DNA of 55,858 nucleotides from a virus (Duplodnaviria; Heunggongvirae; Uroviricota; Caudoviricetes): IMG/VR virus record IMGVR_UViG_2660237930_000002; one strand, 5' to 3'. Shown piece by piece: positions 1 to 15,977 of this stretch (position 1 is its first letter; each line of letters starts with the position of its first letter). The notes under the pieces were generated by a model. It saw only the letters and a program-made list of their open reading frames with translations, ran no database searches and was not told where the DNA came from. The position numbers and the translations under genes were made by a program.

Positions 1-33
1 ATGTCCCTGAACAACAACCGTGGAGTTTCTGTC

Positions 34-3000
34 ATGTCCCTGACCCTGAATAAAATCCTTGTGTTATGCGCATTGCTGATAAGCGCAATGCTGCCTGGGT
101 GGTCATGGGCAGAATCTGCATGGCAAGACTCTTCAGATACGGTCGGCGAATTTAACGGTACCGTGCCTACTGCCGACAGCGCCAGCATACCCGTCTACCA
201 GGGCAGTGTCTTTCTCGATCCTGCAAAGACGCATGATGTAGCGTTTACCGCTAAACCGAGTGAATTCAGCGCGGATGTTAGCGTCTCTAAATTGCTCGTC
301 ACCAATCCGCAAGACAGAGAAGGCGATATCATTGCCACCCCACGTTGGGAAAACCAAACGCCACCGGCAATATCTTTAGTTTGGGCGGATGCCGCGACGC
401 CGGGCACCTTACTGGACCCACAGCCAGTCGCAGATCGCTCGTTTTGCGCTCAGGGCCTTGCCGGGCGTTTGCTGGTTGCCTGGGCGCAGCCTGATCCCCA
501 GCAGACCATGCCGCTGTTATATTTACTCACCTCGACGGGCTATCCCAATGAAAGTGTTCTGACGCTCGCCGATCAGAAAGTGACGCTGAAGATTGCGCCC
601 GCGCAGGGTGACCTTATTTCCGTCAGCGCTGCGGGCTATGACGAATCCTCAGGTGCGGCGAAAATGACGGTTGGCGGCAGTATCACGTTAACGGTCACCA
701 CCAAAGATTGCGTCGGTAATGTTGTGGGGAATATTCCTTTTGTTATCAAACGCAAAGATGCTGAAAACCGCCAGGGTGTGGTGAACAATACTGCGCCTGT
801 AAAACTGGGCACGACCGAATTAACCACCACCGCGACGGAATATCGTGGTACTACCGATGCGAATGGTGTTGCCACGGTTACGGTCACCCAGGCCAACGGC
901 CCTGGTGTAAAAACGCCGTTGGTCGCGAGCCTCGCGGGTATTGCTCAGGCCAGTGAAACGGCAGTGATCTTTACCGTCCTCACCAGCCCGGATGTTCCGC
1001 AGGCTACAATGTGGGGTCATATGCCCGATACGCTGAAGGCCCGTGATTACACTTTTAGTCGACCAAAACTGGCGGCGGAAGTCGATAATGAAGGCGGTAC
1101 GGTTAACGATCACAATGAAACCTGGTCCACCTTTACCTGGAGCGGCGCGGATAAACATTGCGACATTTTGCCCGGAATGCGTCAGTTCGGTGCGCTGGCG
1201 ACGGTGGTGCCAACGTCAGTGCAGGATGTGGCTGGTTGGCCGATGCAGGGTAATTTCTACTGGTCATCACTGGCGGGGATGAGCGGCCAGCACCATGCGG
1301 CGGATGTTTCGAACCGCAGCGAAGCGCAAGATGTTTCGAACCGCAGCGAAGCGCAAAAACCGGACGATACGACGTTTATTGTGAGCTGTGTCGATAAAGA
1401 AGCGCCCGATGTTGAACCGAAGCTGGTACTGACGCCGGGCAGCTATGATTCGACGATAAAAGCGATGAAAGTAAAGGTGGGGGAAGAGGCTTCTTTACGT
1501 CTGACGATTACCGATAGCAAGAACAACGATCAGCCGCTGGCTTACTACTACTTTTCGCTGCATCTGGATGACGGCATTAACCGTAAGAATCAAACTGACG
1601 CCGCGTGGGAGACGCATCCGGTACAAATTGATGGCGGCAGTAACGTTCGCAAAGTTGACGCCCATACCTATGAAGGGATCACTGATGCTAACGGAGAGGC
1701 CACTCTGACGCTGACCCAGCCAGGCGGCGTGGGGGTGAAAACTCACATCACCGCGAGAATGCGCAGTGATTTCACTGCCTCGGATGAGAAAGACGTTATT
1801 TTTACGGTGATCACCAGCCCTGATACCGACAAAGCGCGGATGTGGGGCCATATGTTGGGCATTATTGAAGCGAACAATATCTTTAAACGCCCACGGCTGG
1901 CGGATGAAACCGACAACGAACTGGGATCGGTGCGGGAAAATAACGAAGACTGGGCGCTGTTTGATCAGAATAGCAGTATGCAGGCTGAGTGTGGTTTAGG
2001 TCATATTCCGAGCCAAAGTTCATTGCACAGTTTGTTTGCCGCTCATCCAGCCAATGCCATCGGCACCGAATATGGCTGGCCAACGTTGCAAAAAGCGTAT
2101 CTTAGTGCGGTGGAAGAGACGTCGCACGCGTCGGTAAACCTGGCCACGGGCAACATCGACACCTATTCCGGCTTTAAGCAAAACTATCTCTCTTGTTCGG
2201 GCAATGAGATGGTCGCCAAGATTGCCGCGACCACCGATCGTGATGTTTCCGCAGGCAGCAGAGCGCAGGCCAAAGTGGGTGACACGATCACCATGACGGT
2301 ACGCACCTTTAATGCCTTGAATAATGCACCCGTGCCGTATACCGCGTTCACCATCACTAAAGATATGGGGAAAAATCGTCAGGGGCAGACTACAGGTTTT
2401 GATGATCCAACCCGCGGCGCAATCGAGATGAATGGCACACTCTACGGAACATCGCAACCGTCTTTAGTCTATGCCGGTACTACGGATGCGCAGGGTTTTG
2501 CGACTGTGGAAATTAAGCAATCGCAAGGTGTGGGCTTATCGACGCCGCTAAATATTGTGCCTGTGAACTCCTATATTCCCAATACTGTTAATTACAATGT
2601 GATTTTCACTACGCTCACCAGTCCGGATGCGGTTGGCGCGCAGATGTGGGGGCATATGGATGAGACGATTACCGTCGATGCTTTAACCTTTGCCCGACCC
2701 CGACTGGCTGCGGAAGTGTTCAGTCCGGACGGCACATTAACGGAAAATAACGAAGTCTGGTCGCGAGTCAGCCAGGCCAACGCCTCCAGCACCAGTAAAG
2801 GTGGCTGTGGCGCCAATATGCTCCCACGCCGTTCTCAGCTTAGCGCGCTCTATGATGCCAATAACGGTGACGGTGTACAGACAGTACACGGCTGGCCAAC
2901 GCAGCGTCAGCCCTACTGGAGCAGTTCGCCCGCAGATCAGGTACCGCATTATTACACCATAGCCCTCAACGATGGGGCGCGGACCGTTGGCGGTAGCACG

Positions 3001-6000
3001 GCGGTTTATGTCAGTTGCCTGACGACGGCTAACAATCCGTTGCCTGACGACGGCTAACAATCCTGCCTGACGACGGCTAACAATCCTGCCAGTAGCATTA
3101 CGCTGGAAGTGGTGGATCCGGCGCAGTGGAACGCGGCTGCAAATGCGGCGAAGCTGAAAAAAGGCGAAACGCTACAGGTAAAGGTGACGGTAAAAGATGC
3201 GCAGGGCAATCCATTGGGTGATATACCCTTTACCCTGAAACGTGGCGATGGTTATACCCGCTCAGAGGAAAAACACGTTGCTGGTAGCAGTGATGCGCTG
3301 GTTGCGCCGGTTGTGGTCAATGGTGGCCTGGCGGACGAAACTTCGCTTAATAATACCGCTGCAGCATACAGCGCCATAATAATACCGCTGCAGCATACAG
3401 CGCCATGACCGGCAGCGACGGAACTAAAATTCTCACTATTACCCGCCCGGATACCCATGGCACGAAAACGTCGCTGACCGCTAGGCTCTATTCAGATACA
3501 ACGAAAAAAGCGACCCTCGATACCATTTTTACCGTTGTAACCAGTCCACCCCATACCATTTTTACCGTTGTAACCAGTCCGGACAGCGATAAGGCGAAAA
3601 GGGGCATATGACAGCGATAAGGCGAAAATGTGGGGGCATATGCCTGAAACAGTGACGGCTGCAGATGGAGCGGTCTTTTTAAACGCCCATTATTGTTGAA
3701 AGAGTTATCCAGTACGTCGGGTCGAACAGCGATTGCGGAAGATAATGAAGACTGGGCGCAATTTACCCAAGCTCAGGCTATAAGCACATCCTCTAATGGT
3801 TGTGGTAGTGAATATGTTCCCTCTCAGGCCGGGCTGGAGTCATTGTATGAAGCCAACCGCGGAAATGCGATGAAAACGGTTCAGGGCTGGCCCGTCGCCT
3901 CAAGTTACCTTTCCAGCACGACAGGTAGTAGTAGCCTGGAACAGCGTGACTTCAAGGCCGTCAATCTCAGTTCAGGCACCAGTTCGATAATTCCATCTGC
4001 CACAAAAGAACTGCTTACCTGCCAGACGACGCCGATTGTTAAGGCAAGCCAAATCGTTCTTGAAGCTGCAGACCCCACAAAATTTGACCGTATGAATAAT
4101 GTTGTCAAAGTGAAAAAGGGTGAAGAAGCCGTATTACGAGTGACCACTAAAGATGCGCAGGGTAAGCCTGTGGGAAATACCGCATTTACCCTCAAACGAA
4201 ACACCAGCGTGAACAGGGCCAATGTGTCAACTACGACGTCGATTGCTTCACTGGCGGTAACGGATGCCTGGGGAAATACTCAAAATGATTTTCTTTCAAC
4301 GACCCTGGTTATTTATGGCGTGACGGGGGCTGATGGCACCACCACTTTCACATTGAAGCAAGACCAGACTACCGGGCTAAAAACAGAACTCACGGCAGCG
4401 TTGGATTCCTCCAGCAGCACTAAATCGACGCTTCCCGTTGTCTTTACGGTGCTTACCAGCCCGGATTCGCCAAAAGCCAAATTCTGGGGGCATATGGCTG
4501 AAACGGCGACAGGCGATGACGGTCTTATTTATCGAAGGCCTTTACTGAGGGACGAGAATAGTGCTACCACCAGTATCGGTACCCTGGTGGAAGAGGGGGA
4601 GGCCTGGTCTACGTTCCCGTCGGGCCTGGCTAACGATACCTCGATAAATGGTTGTGGCGCGGAGTATGTTCCAACTGACAATGAACTTAGGGCCATTTAT
4701 GCGCACCAGGGGAGTAGCGCATTACATGATGCTATTGGCTGGCCAGTGTCGAGGTTCTATATCTCGAATACCGTTGCAGATACGTTCACTCAAACCTTTA
4801 CGTATGATGTCGTTTCGCTGAAGACAGGAGATGAAACGCAGATGCCCTCATCTGGTGGTGCATTACTGAGCTGCCGGACCACGCCTGTCGCCGTTGCCAG
4901 TCAGATCATTGTTGAGGCGAATGATACGGCGCAATTTGTCAAAGTTGACGACACCTTGAGTGCGTTGAAAGTGAAAAAAGGCGAAGACGCGGTGATTCGC
5001 GTGGTGACTAAAAATGCGCAGGGAAATGGCGTGCCCAATGTCCCCTTTATTCTCAGACGTGAAGGCTCGAAGAACCGTCAAAATGCCGAGATGATAAATA
5101 AGTCGATTACGGTAATTAACGCGGCAGGCGCTTCTGCGAGGATGAATAGTTCTTCAAGCCTGCTTTATGGGGTGACTGGCGCGGACGGGACTACCTCCTT
5201 TACGGTAAAACAAGATGATTCTATGGGCCTGGTAACCAAGATGATTCTATGGGCCTGGTAACCAATATGTACGCCCAGTTGTATCAGCTGACGATAGAAT
5301 CCAACAAATTACCGGTCATGTTTACCGTCATAACCAGCCCGGATACGCCACTGGCAAGTTACTGGGGGCATATGCCTGAAACGTTTACTACCCGGTCGGG
5401 AATTGCCTTTAAGCGGCCATTGCTTACTGCCGAGCATCCAGCGGGGCAGTCAACCATGGCTAATAATGAATCATGGCTTTCTTTGAATACGGCAGCAAAA
5501 AATGATGTCAGCAAATCAGACTGCGGCGAACCTTATCAACCGTTATTAAGCGAATTTCAAGAGTTATACAGTGAACATCCTAATGGTGCGATAGGGACCG
5601 ATTTAGGCCTTCCGCTGACTAACACCTGGTGGGCTTACGATAAAATTGCCTACGCGAACGTCTGGTACGATCAGTCTATTAATTTATCGAATGGATCAAG
5701 CTCCAGGGCATTATCAAACACCGTGGCATTTGTGTCCTGTCTGGTAAACCCTCATGCAGTGGCAGCTTCTATAGAGATGACCTCCACGGCACTGGATGCG
5801 GAGAAAACGGCCAGCAACGATGGTCGCCCTAGTGCAACGGCGGCGAAAGGTACGGCGATCCGGATGACGGTGATTGTGCGGGATAGCGGAGGAAATCTGT
5901 TGCCAGGCGCAAACTTTAATCTCATACGCGGGACTGCGTTGGATCGTGCAAAAAACAGGCTAGATTCTACGTATGATGATCTTACTATCGTGCCGGTCAC

Positions 6001-8278
6001 CCCTGCCGGAGTAAACATGTCACTCTATAATAATGGGGCACAGGCACTTCTGACGACAGGAAGTGATGGTAAAGCGACTTTTGATGTGACGCAAAACGAG
6101 ACTTATGGGCTGGCAACTCCGCTCACTGCAACATTGATGCGCGACACCACAAAAAGTGCCACGATGGATGTTATTTTCACTGTGATAACCAGTCCGAACT
6201 CACCGAAAGCAAAATACTGGGGTCATATGCCCGACACGTTTACCAGTAGGGCGGGGGTGACCTTTAAACGACCGCTACTGGCAGCAGAAGCGACCTTGGG
6301 GTCCTCGGTAAGTAATAATAATGAGTCGTGGTCATACCTTTTTTATACCAATAAAGTTACGCCGGATTGCCCGGTTGAGTATCAGCCGCGTCTCAATGAG
6401 TTACAGGGGCTATATAATGATCATCCAGGCGGGACAATACTGACAGATTTGGGGTTGCCTATAACTGCCGGAAGTGGAAATTGGTGGACTTATGAAATGA
6501 GCACCACTGACGCGTTGACGTGGTATTACGGCGTCATTAATTTGAAAACGGGACAATCGACGACGACTATTAATGGATACGCTTTAATGCTCTGTCTGAC
6601 GCAGCCACATTCGGCACCAGCAAGCCTTACGCTGTCATCGACTGCCTATGATGAGGGCCGAACTGCCAGCAATGGTGGTACCCCCACGTCATCTGTGAAA
6701 AAAGGTGAGATGCTTCCCATCGTGGTGACGATCAAAGATGCCAATGGTAATCCTGTTGGCGGCGAAGGTGTTACGCTCAAGCGCGTGCAGGCGAAAAGCC
6801 GTTCAGGGATCTCTGTATCCTCCAATACCGTAGATGATCTCATTTTAGATGAAGTCACCCCGACATCGGCGCGTATCTCCTTCAACCAGAATACGTCGGC
6901 ATGGAGCGGCTTCACCGGCAGTGATGGCACGATAACGTTCAACGTTACCCAAAATAACACCGTTGGTCTGGTAACGCCGTTTACAGCTTCATTGGCGCGA
7001 AATCCGCAGGTTACGGCTAATCAGGACCTGATATTCACGGTAGTGACCAGCCCGGATTCTGCGAAGGCTAACTACTGGGGGCATATGCCAGCAACCTTGA
7101 CGGCAGTGAATGGTGCGGTATTTGAACGCCCGAAATTGTGGAGTGAACTGACATCGACTTCTGGCGTCGGCAAGATCAATAACAATAATGAAGACTGGCC
7201 GTACTTTACCCCAACACAGAAATCAGATGCGAGTGTGAGCCCTTGTGAAGTAGCAAGGCAGCCACTATTCAATGATTTAAGTTCGTTGTCTGCGCGTTAT
7301 CCGAATAACACGTTTGTCACTGAAACTGGCTGGCCTGCGTATTACACTTGGTGGGCAGAGGATAAATCCGCCGATGGTAAAGACCAGTCGGTTGATTTGA
7401 GAAATGGCACGCTGTATACGGGTTCAACAAAATCATTTCAGCCTTGCCTGGCTAACGCGCGTTCAACGGTTTCCAGCGTCACACTTACCTCAACAGCGTT
7501 TGATGCAGCCACTCAGGCGGCGAAAGTGAAAAAAGGCGAAGCCATGTCCGTTACCGTGACGGTGAAAGACAGCGCCGGGAATACGGTGCCGAATGTTGAA
7601 TTTACTTTGAAACGTGGTGAGGCATCGCCGCGTAACGCTGGGGCAACGTTGTATGGCAATGTAGTGGCGATGGACGATCTCGTCGTTCAGCCGTTATCAG
7701 GTTCGGCTGTTACGCTGAGTGAAAGCGGTAATACCATTAGTGGCATGACAGGCGCGGATGGGACGGCAAGTTTTTCGCTCCGCCAGGATAATACCCCTGG
7801 TTATAAAACGCCACTGACGGTTACTCTGGCTAATTACGCTTCCGCGACAGACACGCTGGACGCTATTTTTACGGTACCAACCAGCCCAAATGTTTCCTCG
7901 GCGCACTTTTGGGGACATATGGCAGACACGGTAGTGGTGAATAGTAAATCGCTACATCGACCGTTGTTAACGACGGAATTGCCGTCCGGGGCTAATCCCG
8001 TATCCTCACCGATTATTAACTACGAAAACTGGGCTTCTGCACATATCATTGATGCCAGTAAATGGGATATCGCAAGGCAGTGTGGCAGCATAGAAAATGC
8101 ACCGACATACAATGAATTAGAGTTGTTGCATACTGTTTTTAATTCACTGGGATGGCCGTCTTCACCCAGTTTTCCTTATTTGTCCTCTCAACAGTGTGGG
8201 ATGGACGAAGGTACTGGAGCACAGGATTGTAGTATCACGCTAATAAATAAACCGGGTCTGGTGACCTGCTTCCAGTAA
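34..8278 (+). pseudogene. Very large repetitive secreted surface protein gene (RatA/RatB-like adhesin-type), frame broken into 5 ORFs (1-3057, 3109-3408, 3405-3611, 3693-5261, 5249-8278)
   Basis: Signal-peptide-like N-terminus ([26 protein letters not shown]); at least 8 copies of a ~300-350 aa module each ending in a conserved FTV(L/I)TSPD...A..WGHM motif; every frame break coincides with a short tandem duplication. Family assignment is from memory of the Salmonella CS54 locus next to xseA. Confidence 0.5.
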
Positions 8279-8310
8279 CCAGCATGGCGGATCTGGCGTA
8301 GCCTGGGAGT

Positions 8311-8368
8311 TATTGCCGGATGCGATGCTGGCGCCTCTTATCCGGTGCTGGCGCCTCTTATCCGGTCT
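8311..8368. repeat. REP-like palindromic element between the repeat-protein gene and xseA (contains a 20-bp tandem duplication)
   Basis: gccggatgcg...gcgcctcttatccggtctac resembles E. coli REP/PU consensus; intergenic, between convergent genes. Confidence 0.35.
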
Positions 8369-8373
8369 ACGGA

Positions 8374-9882
<1,509 letters not shown>

Positions 9883-9964
9883 TTATTCAGTCGATAGTAA
9901 CCCGCCCTCCGGGGATAGCAAGCATTTTTTGCAAAAAGGGGTAGATGCAATCGGTTACGCTCTG

Positions 9965-9970
9965 TATAAT
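9965..9970 (+). promoter_or_regulatory. Candidate -10 hexamer (TATAAT) of the guaBA promoter
   Basis: Exact TATAAT about 45 bp upstream of the guaB start, in the xseA-guaB divergent intergenic region. Confidence 0.35.
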
Positions 9971-10013
9971 GCCGCGGCAATATTTATTAACCACTCTGGT
10001 CGAGATATTGCCC

Positions 10014-11640
<1,627 letters not shown>

Positions 11641-11710
11641 GATTCTCTTCGCCCGACTTCATGTCGGGCGATTTATATTATCTGTTTCACTTGCCTCGGA
11701 ATAAGCGTCA

Positions 11711-13288
11711 ATGACGGAAAACATTCATAAGCATCGCATCCTCATTCTGGACTTCGGTTCCCAGTATACTCAACTGGTTGCGCGCCGCGTGCGTGAACTG
11801 GGGGTTTACTGCGAACTGTGGGCGTGGGATGTGACAGAAGCACAAATTCGTGACTTCAATCCAAGCGGCATTATTCTTTCCGGCGGCCCGGAAAGTACTA
11901 CTGAAGAAAACAGCCCGCGTGCGCCGCAGTATGTCTTTGAAGCAGGCGTACCGGTATTCGGCGTTTGCTATGGTATGCAGACCATGGCGATGCAGTTGGG
12001 CGGTCACGTTGAGGCTTCTAATGAACGTGAATTTGGCTACGCGCAGGTTGAAGTCGTAAACGACAGCGCACTGGTTCGCGGTATCGAAGATGCGCTGACC
12101 GCAGATGGTAAACCGCTGCTGGACGTCTGGATGAGCCACGGCGATAAAGTTACCGCTATCCCGTCCGACTTCGTCACCGTAGCCAGCACCGAAAGCTGCC
12201 CGTTTGCCATCATGGCCAACGAAGAAAAACGCTTCTATGGCGTACAGTTCCACCCGGAAGTGACTCACACCCGCCAGGGTATGCGCATGCTGGAGCGTTT
12301 TGTGCGTGATATCTGCCAGTGTGAAGCCCTGTGGACGCCAGCGAAAATTATCGACGACGCTGTAGCCCGCATCCGCGAGCAAGTGGGCGACGATAAAGTC
12401 ATCCTCGGCCTCTCTGGTGGCGTGGATTCCTCCGTTACCGCAATGCTGTTGCACCGCGCTATCGGTAAAAACCTGACTTGCGTATTCGTCGACAACGGCC
12501 TGCTGCGTCTCAACGAAGCAGAGCAGGTTCTGGATATGTTTGGCGATCACTTTGGTCTGAATATTGTTCACGTACCGGCAGAAGATCGCTTCTTGTCAGC
12601 GCTGGCTGGCGAAAATGATCCGGAAGCAAAACGTAAAATCATCGGGCGCGTTTTCGTTGAAGTATTCGATGAAGAAGCGCTGAAACTGGAAGACGTGAAG
12701 TGGCTGGCGCAGGGCACCATCTACCCTGACGTTATCGAATCTGCTGCTTCTGCAACCGGTAAAGCACACGTCATCAAATCTCACCACAACGTGGGTGGCC
12801 TGCCGAAAGAGATGAAGATGGGCCTGGTTGAACCGCTGAAAGAGCTGTTCAAAGACGAAGTGCGTAAGATTGGTCTGGAGCTGGGCCTACCGTATGACAT
12901 GTTGTACCGTCACCCGTTCCCGGGACCAGGCCTTGGCGTTCGTGTTCTGGGAGAAGTGAAGAAAGAGTATTGTGACCTGCTGCGCCGTGCTGACGCCATC
13001 TTCATTGAAGAACTGCGTAAAGCGGACCTGTACGACAAAGTCAGCCAGGCGTTCACCGTCTTCCTGCCAGTACGTTCCGTTGGCGTAATGGGCGATGGTC
13101 GTAAGTATGACTGGGTTGTCTCTCTGCGTGCTGTCGAAACCATCGACTTTATGACCGCACACTGGGCACATCTGCCGTACGATTTCCTCGGTCGCGTTTC
13201 CAACCGCATTATCAATGAAGTGAACGGTATTTCCCGCGTGGTGTATGACATCAGCGGCAAGCCACCAGCGACTATTGAGTGGGAATGA
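11711..13288 (+). CDS. guaA: GMP synthase (glutamine-hydrolysing), intact 525 aa
   Basis: Full-length ORF with N-terminal glutamine amidotransferase and C-terminal ATP-pyrophosphatase (SGGVDSSV) regions; ends ...ATIEWE with stop inside the att core. Confidence 0.97.
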   Translation: MTENIHKHRILILDFGSQYTQLVARRVRELGVYCELWAWDVTEAQIRDFNPSGIILSGGPESTTEENSPRAPQYVFEAGVPVFGVCYGMQTMAMQLGGHVEASNEREFGYAQVEVVNDSALVRGIEDALTADGKPLLDVWMSHGDKVTAIPSDFVTVASTESCPFAIMANEEKRFYGVQFHPEVTHTRQGMRMLERFVRDICQCEALWTPAKIIDDAVARIREQVGDDKVILGLSGGVDSSVTAMLLHRAIGKNLTCVFVDNGLLRLNEAEQVLDMFGDHFGLNIVHVPAEDRFLSALAGENDPEAKRKIIGRVFVEVFDEEALKLEDVKWLAQGTIYPDVIESAASATGKAHVIKSHHNVGGLPKEMKMGLVEPLKELFKDEVRKIGLELGLPYDMLYRHPFPGPGLGVRVLGEVKKEYCDLLRRADAIFIEELRKADLYDKVSQAFTVFLPVRSVGVMGDGRKYDWVVSLRAVETIDFMTAHWAHLPYDFLGRVSNRIINEVNGISRVVYDISGKPPATIEWE

Positions 13289-13290
13289 TT
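13276..13290. repeat. attL core (TGAGTGGGAATGATT), overlaps the last codons and stop of guaA
   Basis: Identical 15-mer recurs at 55212-55226. Confidence 0.8.
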
Positions 13291-13335
13291 AACAGCTAAC
13301 TCATAGCAAGTCATTCCTATTCAGATACTAACTCA

Positions 13336-13368
13336 ACCCTCTGTTTTTACAGAGGGTTTTTGTTTTTA
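13336..13368 (+). terminator. Rho-independent terminator on the phage side of attL, serving guaA in the lysogen
   Basis: aaccctctg-ttttt-acagagggtt followed by T-run; near-copy of the hairpin at 55253-55281. Confidence 0.7.
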
Positions 13369-13423
13369 TGTATTCATTTCTATTCACTCTACACCATATT
13401 TTTCGGCGGTACAGGTGACGGTA

Positions 13424-13438
13424 TTACCTTAAAGGTAT
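13424..13438. promoter_or_regulatory. Near-consensus operator (TTACC-ttaaa-GGTAT) upstream of integrase
   Basis: One mismatch to the TTACC-N5-GGTAA palindrome found elsewhere in the prophage. Confidence 0.4.
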
Positions 13439-13480
13439 ACTCTCATACCGTCATGAAAATGGTTTCTATACGGGTGAATT

Positions 13481-14731
13481 GTGCTTACCGATACAAAATT
13501 AAAAAACCTCAAGCCGCAGGACAAACTGTACAAGGTCTCCGATCGTGACGGGCTGTATGTAGCTGTGCTTACGTCAGGCACGGTCTCGTTTCGCTACGAC
13601 TACCGTATCAACGGTCGCCGCGAAACGCTGGTAATCGGGCAGTATGGGCGTGACGGTATCAGCCTGGCAGAAGCGCGAGAAGAACTGATTGCTGCAAAGA
13701 AGCTGCTTAAAGCAGGCCAGTCACCGGCTGCGGCTAAACGTGACGGTATCAAAAAGATTCGTGGTGCCGAGACGTTTGCGGTACATACCGACAGTTATAT
13801 GAAACACGTCATCCTGGCTGACAGTACCCGCGCAATGAAACAGGCGGTGATCGACCGTGACATACTTCCGGTTCTTGGCAATAAAATGATGGCTGAAATT
13901 ACCACATCGATGGTTCGTGATTTGTGTGACCGGATTGTCGAACGCGGTGGCCGGGCAACAGCAGTGCAGGCCAGGGAGATCATCAGTAGCGTATACCGTC
14001 ACGCCAATGACCGTGGTCATGGTTTGTTTAATCCTGCGGCTGACATTAAACCTTCGTCTATCGCCATATTTAAACCACGAGAGCGAACACTGACACCAGA
14101 AGAAATTGGCCTGTTCTTCCGCACGCTGGATGCCATTGGTGCTATGGGCACTATGAAAATGGCTTTAAAACTGGTGCTTATCACTATGGTTCGTAAGGGC
14201 GAATTCACCAATGCAACGTGGGATGAAATAGATTTTAAAAAATGGACATGGACAATTCCTTCAGACCGCATGAAAGGAAGCCGGGCGCACGTTATTTACC
14301 TGCCTAAACAGGCACAGGATATATTGGTCGGGTTGCAGATGTGCGCTGGTGGAAGTGAATATCTGGTTCCTGGTCGTTACAACTTCCGGAAGCCATTATC
14401 TAATGCCGCGCTGAACTCTCTGATCGACAGAACGGTGAAAATAATAAATGAAGATGGTGAGCATATTCAGGACTTCACCGTACACGATATGCGCCGTACA
14501 GCCAGTACGTTGTTGCATGAGGCTGGTTATCCTTCAGACTGGATTGAAAAGGCTCTGGCACATGAGCAGAAAGGTGTGCGCGCCGTATATAACAAAGCGG
14601 AATACGCCAGACAGCGCGCCTACATGTTGCAGCAGTGGGCCGATATGATTGATTCCTGGATTAACGGGGAGCATACGGATCTGATTCCGTTCTCCCCGTC
14701 GAAGTTTGAGAAGTGGATGGCGGGGGAATAA
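13481..14731 (+). CDS. Tyrosine integrase (P4-type), GTG start
   Basis: N-terminus LTDTKLKNLKPQDKLYKVSDRDGLYVAV... typical of P4-like integrase arm-binding domain; C-terminal ...HDMRRTASTLL...Y region; adjacent to attL. Confidence 0.9.
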   Translation: MLTDTKLKNLKPQDKLYKVSDRDGLYVAVLTSGTVSFRYDYRINGRRETLVIGQYGRDGISLAEAREELIAAKKLLKAGQSPAAAKRDGIKKIRGAETFAVHTDSYMKHVILADSTRAMKQAVIDRDILPVLGNKMMAEITTSMVRDLCDRIVERGGRATAVQAREIISSVYRHANDRGHGLFNPAADIKPSSIAIFKPRERTLTPEEIGLFFRTLDAIGAMGTMKMALKLVLITMVRKGEFTNATWDEIDFKKWTWTIPSDRMKGSRAHVIYLPKQAQDILVGLQMCAGGSEYLVPGRYNFRKPLSNAALNSLIDRTVKIINEDGEHIQDFTVHDMRRTASTLLHEAGYPSDWIEKALAHEQKGVRAVYNKAEYARQRAYMLQQWADMIDSWINGEHTDLIPFSPSKFEKWMAGE

Positions 14732-14734
14732 CGT

Positions 14735-14929
14735 TTAATTATTCTGCTGATTTTCTTCCATCTCGGCTTCTGCTGCCAGTGATTCAATTTTGTCTGCGAA
14801 TATTGCTGACAGCGTTGCAAATTCAGCATCAGTGACAGCGGGAATCGGAACAAACCTGATCCCGCTGTGTGCAAGCATGTTTGCAGTTTCAAGGCATTTC
14901 CTTAAATCTGCTGGTGATGCCCTGTTCAT
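14735..14929 (-). CDS. Small hypothetical phage protein (64 aa)
   Basis: ORF with ATGA overlap to the upstream methyltransferase gene stop, suggesting translational coupling. Confidence 0.4.
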   Translation of the reverse strand: MNRASPADLRKCLETANMLAHSGIRFVPIPAVTDAEFATLSAIFADKIESLAAEAEMEENQQNN

Positions 14930-15576
14930 GCTGCACGCTCCCGCCCCTGGTTGTCTGTTGGTGACAGCGGAGCATTGCTGAATGCATTTGTTAATCCGCC
15001 AATATCCAACGCGTATCCGGGGTGTAGTTGCACTGCCGGGTCTTCGCACTGATTACCCCAAACATCGAAGCCATGAGACGACTGGCGGGCGAACAGTTCA
15101 ATGCGAGAAACATCGCCTAACAATTGCACAAGTTTTTCACGAACGACATCTGGTTTTCTTGAATGCTCAAGCCGCGGTGCCGTAAATGACTGAACGATCC
15201 CTGCATTAATGCGCGGAGGTAGTTTTCCCTTTACTGCAAACAGGCAATCTTCACTATTGGCGCGAGTCATGTGACCCATACCCATAACCAGTTTATCTGG
15301 TTGTCGACTACCACATTTTATCCACGTGAATCCCTTCATGGTCATCAGACGGAACCCCCAGGCTTCAACAACTTTTAGTGCTTCGAGTGGTTGTGTTGGC
15401 ACCCACCACATGGCCAACAGACAGTTTTCATCGGCCAAATCCCACACAGGAAGGCGGCAGATGTCCAGCACACTCATAACCGGATATTTAAAACCGGCAC
15501 CGCGATTACCATCTGCGGCTTTGTCCCGGTATACCCAGGGTGGATCTGCATAGATTAGTGTGTATTTCTTAGTCAT
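14926..15576 (-). CDS. MT-A70 family DNA N6-adenine methyltransferase (orphan, phage-encoded)
   Basis: IYADPPW motif near N-terminus; no adjacent restriction endonuclease gene. Confidence 0.8.
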   Translation of the reverse strand: MTKKYTLIYADPPWVYRDKAADGNRGAGFKYPVMSVLDICRLPVWDLADENCLLAMWWVPTQPLEALKVVEAWGFRLMTMKGFTWIKCGSRQPDKLVMGMGHMTRANSEDCLFAVKGKLPPRINAGIVQSFTAPRLEHSRKPDVVREKLVQLLGDVSRIELFARQSSHGFDVWGNQCEDPAVQLHPGYALDIGGLTNAFSNAPLSPTDNQGRERAA

Positions 15577-15868
15577 AAACCACCCCACAACATCCTATGC
15601 CGCTATAGTCGCCACGGCGAAGGCCGTTACCTTTTGTGATACATTGGTCCCTGCGAACCGCGATCCTCGCACGCTCAACATCACCAGAAGCAACATCCAT
15701 ACACTGAAGCCAAAGGTGAGCGGCAATGCGGAACTGCCCTTTTTTCTCTCTTTCAATCGCGCGTTTTTCGATCTCTATCGCCGCAGGAGTAACGGCGACA
15801 ATCTTTGACGGACTGCGCATTGAAACCTTGTTCATGTGATATTTTTCAAGTCGGCTTAACTTTTTCAC
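15569..15868 (-). CDS. Hypothetical phage protein
   Basis: ORF in the leftward early operon; start uncertain. Confidence 0.4.
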   Translation of the reverse strand: MKKLSRLEKYHMNKVSMRSPSKIVAVTPAAIEIEKRAIEREKKGQFRIAAHLWLQCMDVASGDVERARIAVRRDQCITKGNGLRRGDYSGIGCCGVVYD

Positions 15869-15977
15869 TTAATCCAACCCTCTCTGAAAATTAATGCCAG
15901 CAGATAAAGCCATGCTGAAACAGAGGCCAGGAATAAGTACCATCCTGACCATTTGCTCCAGTGCCTTAGCAGCACAC

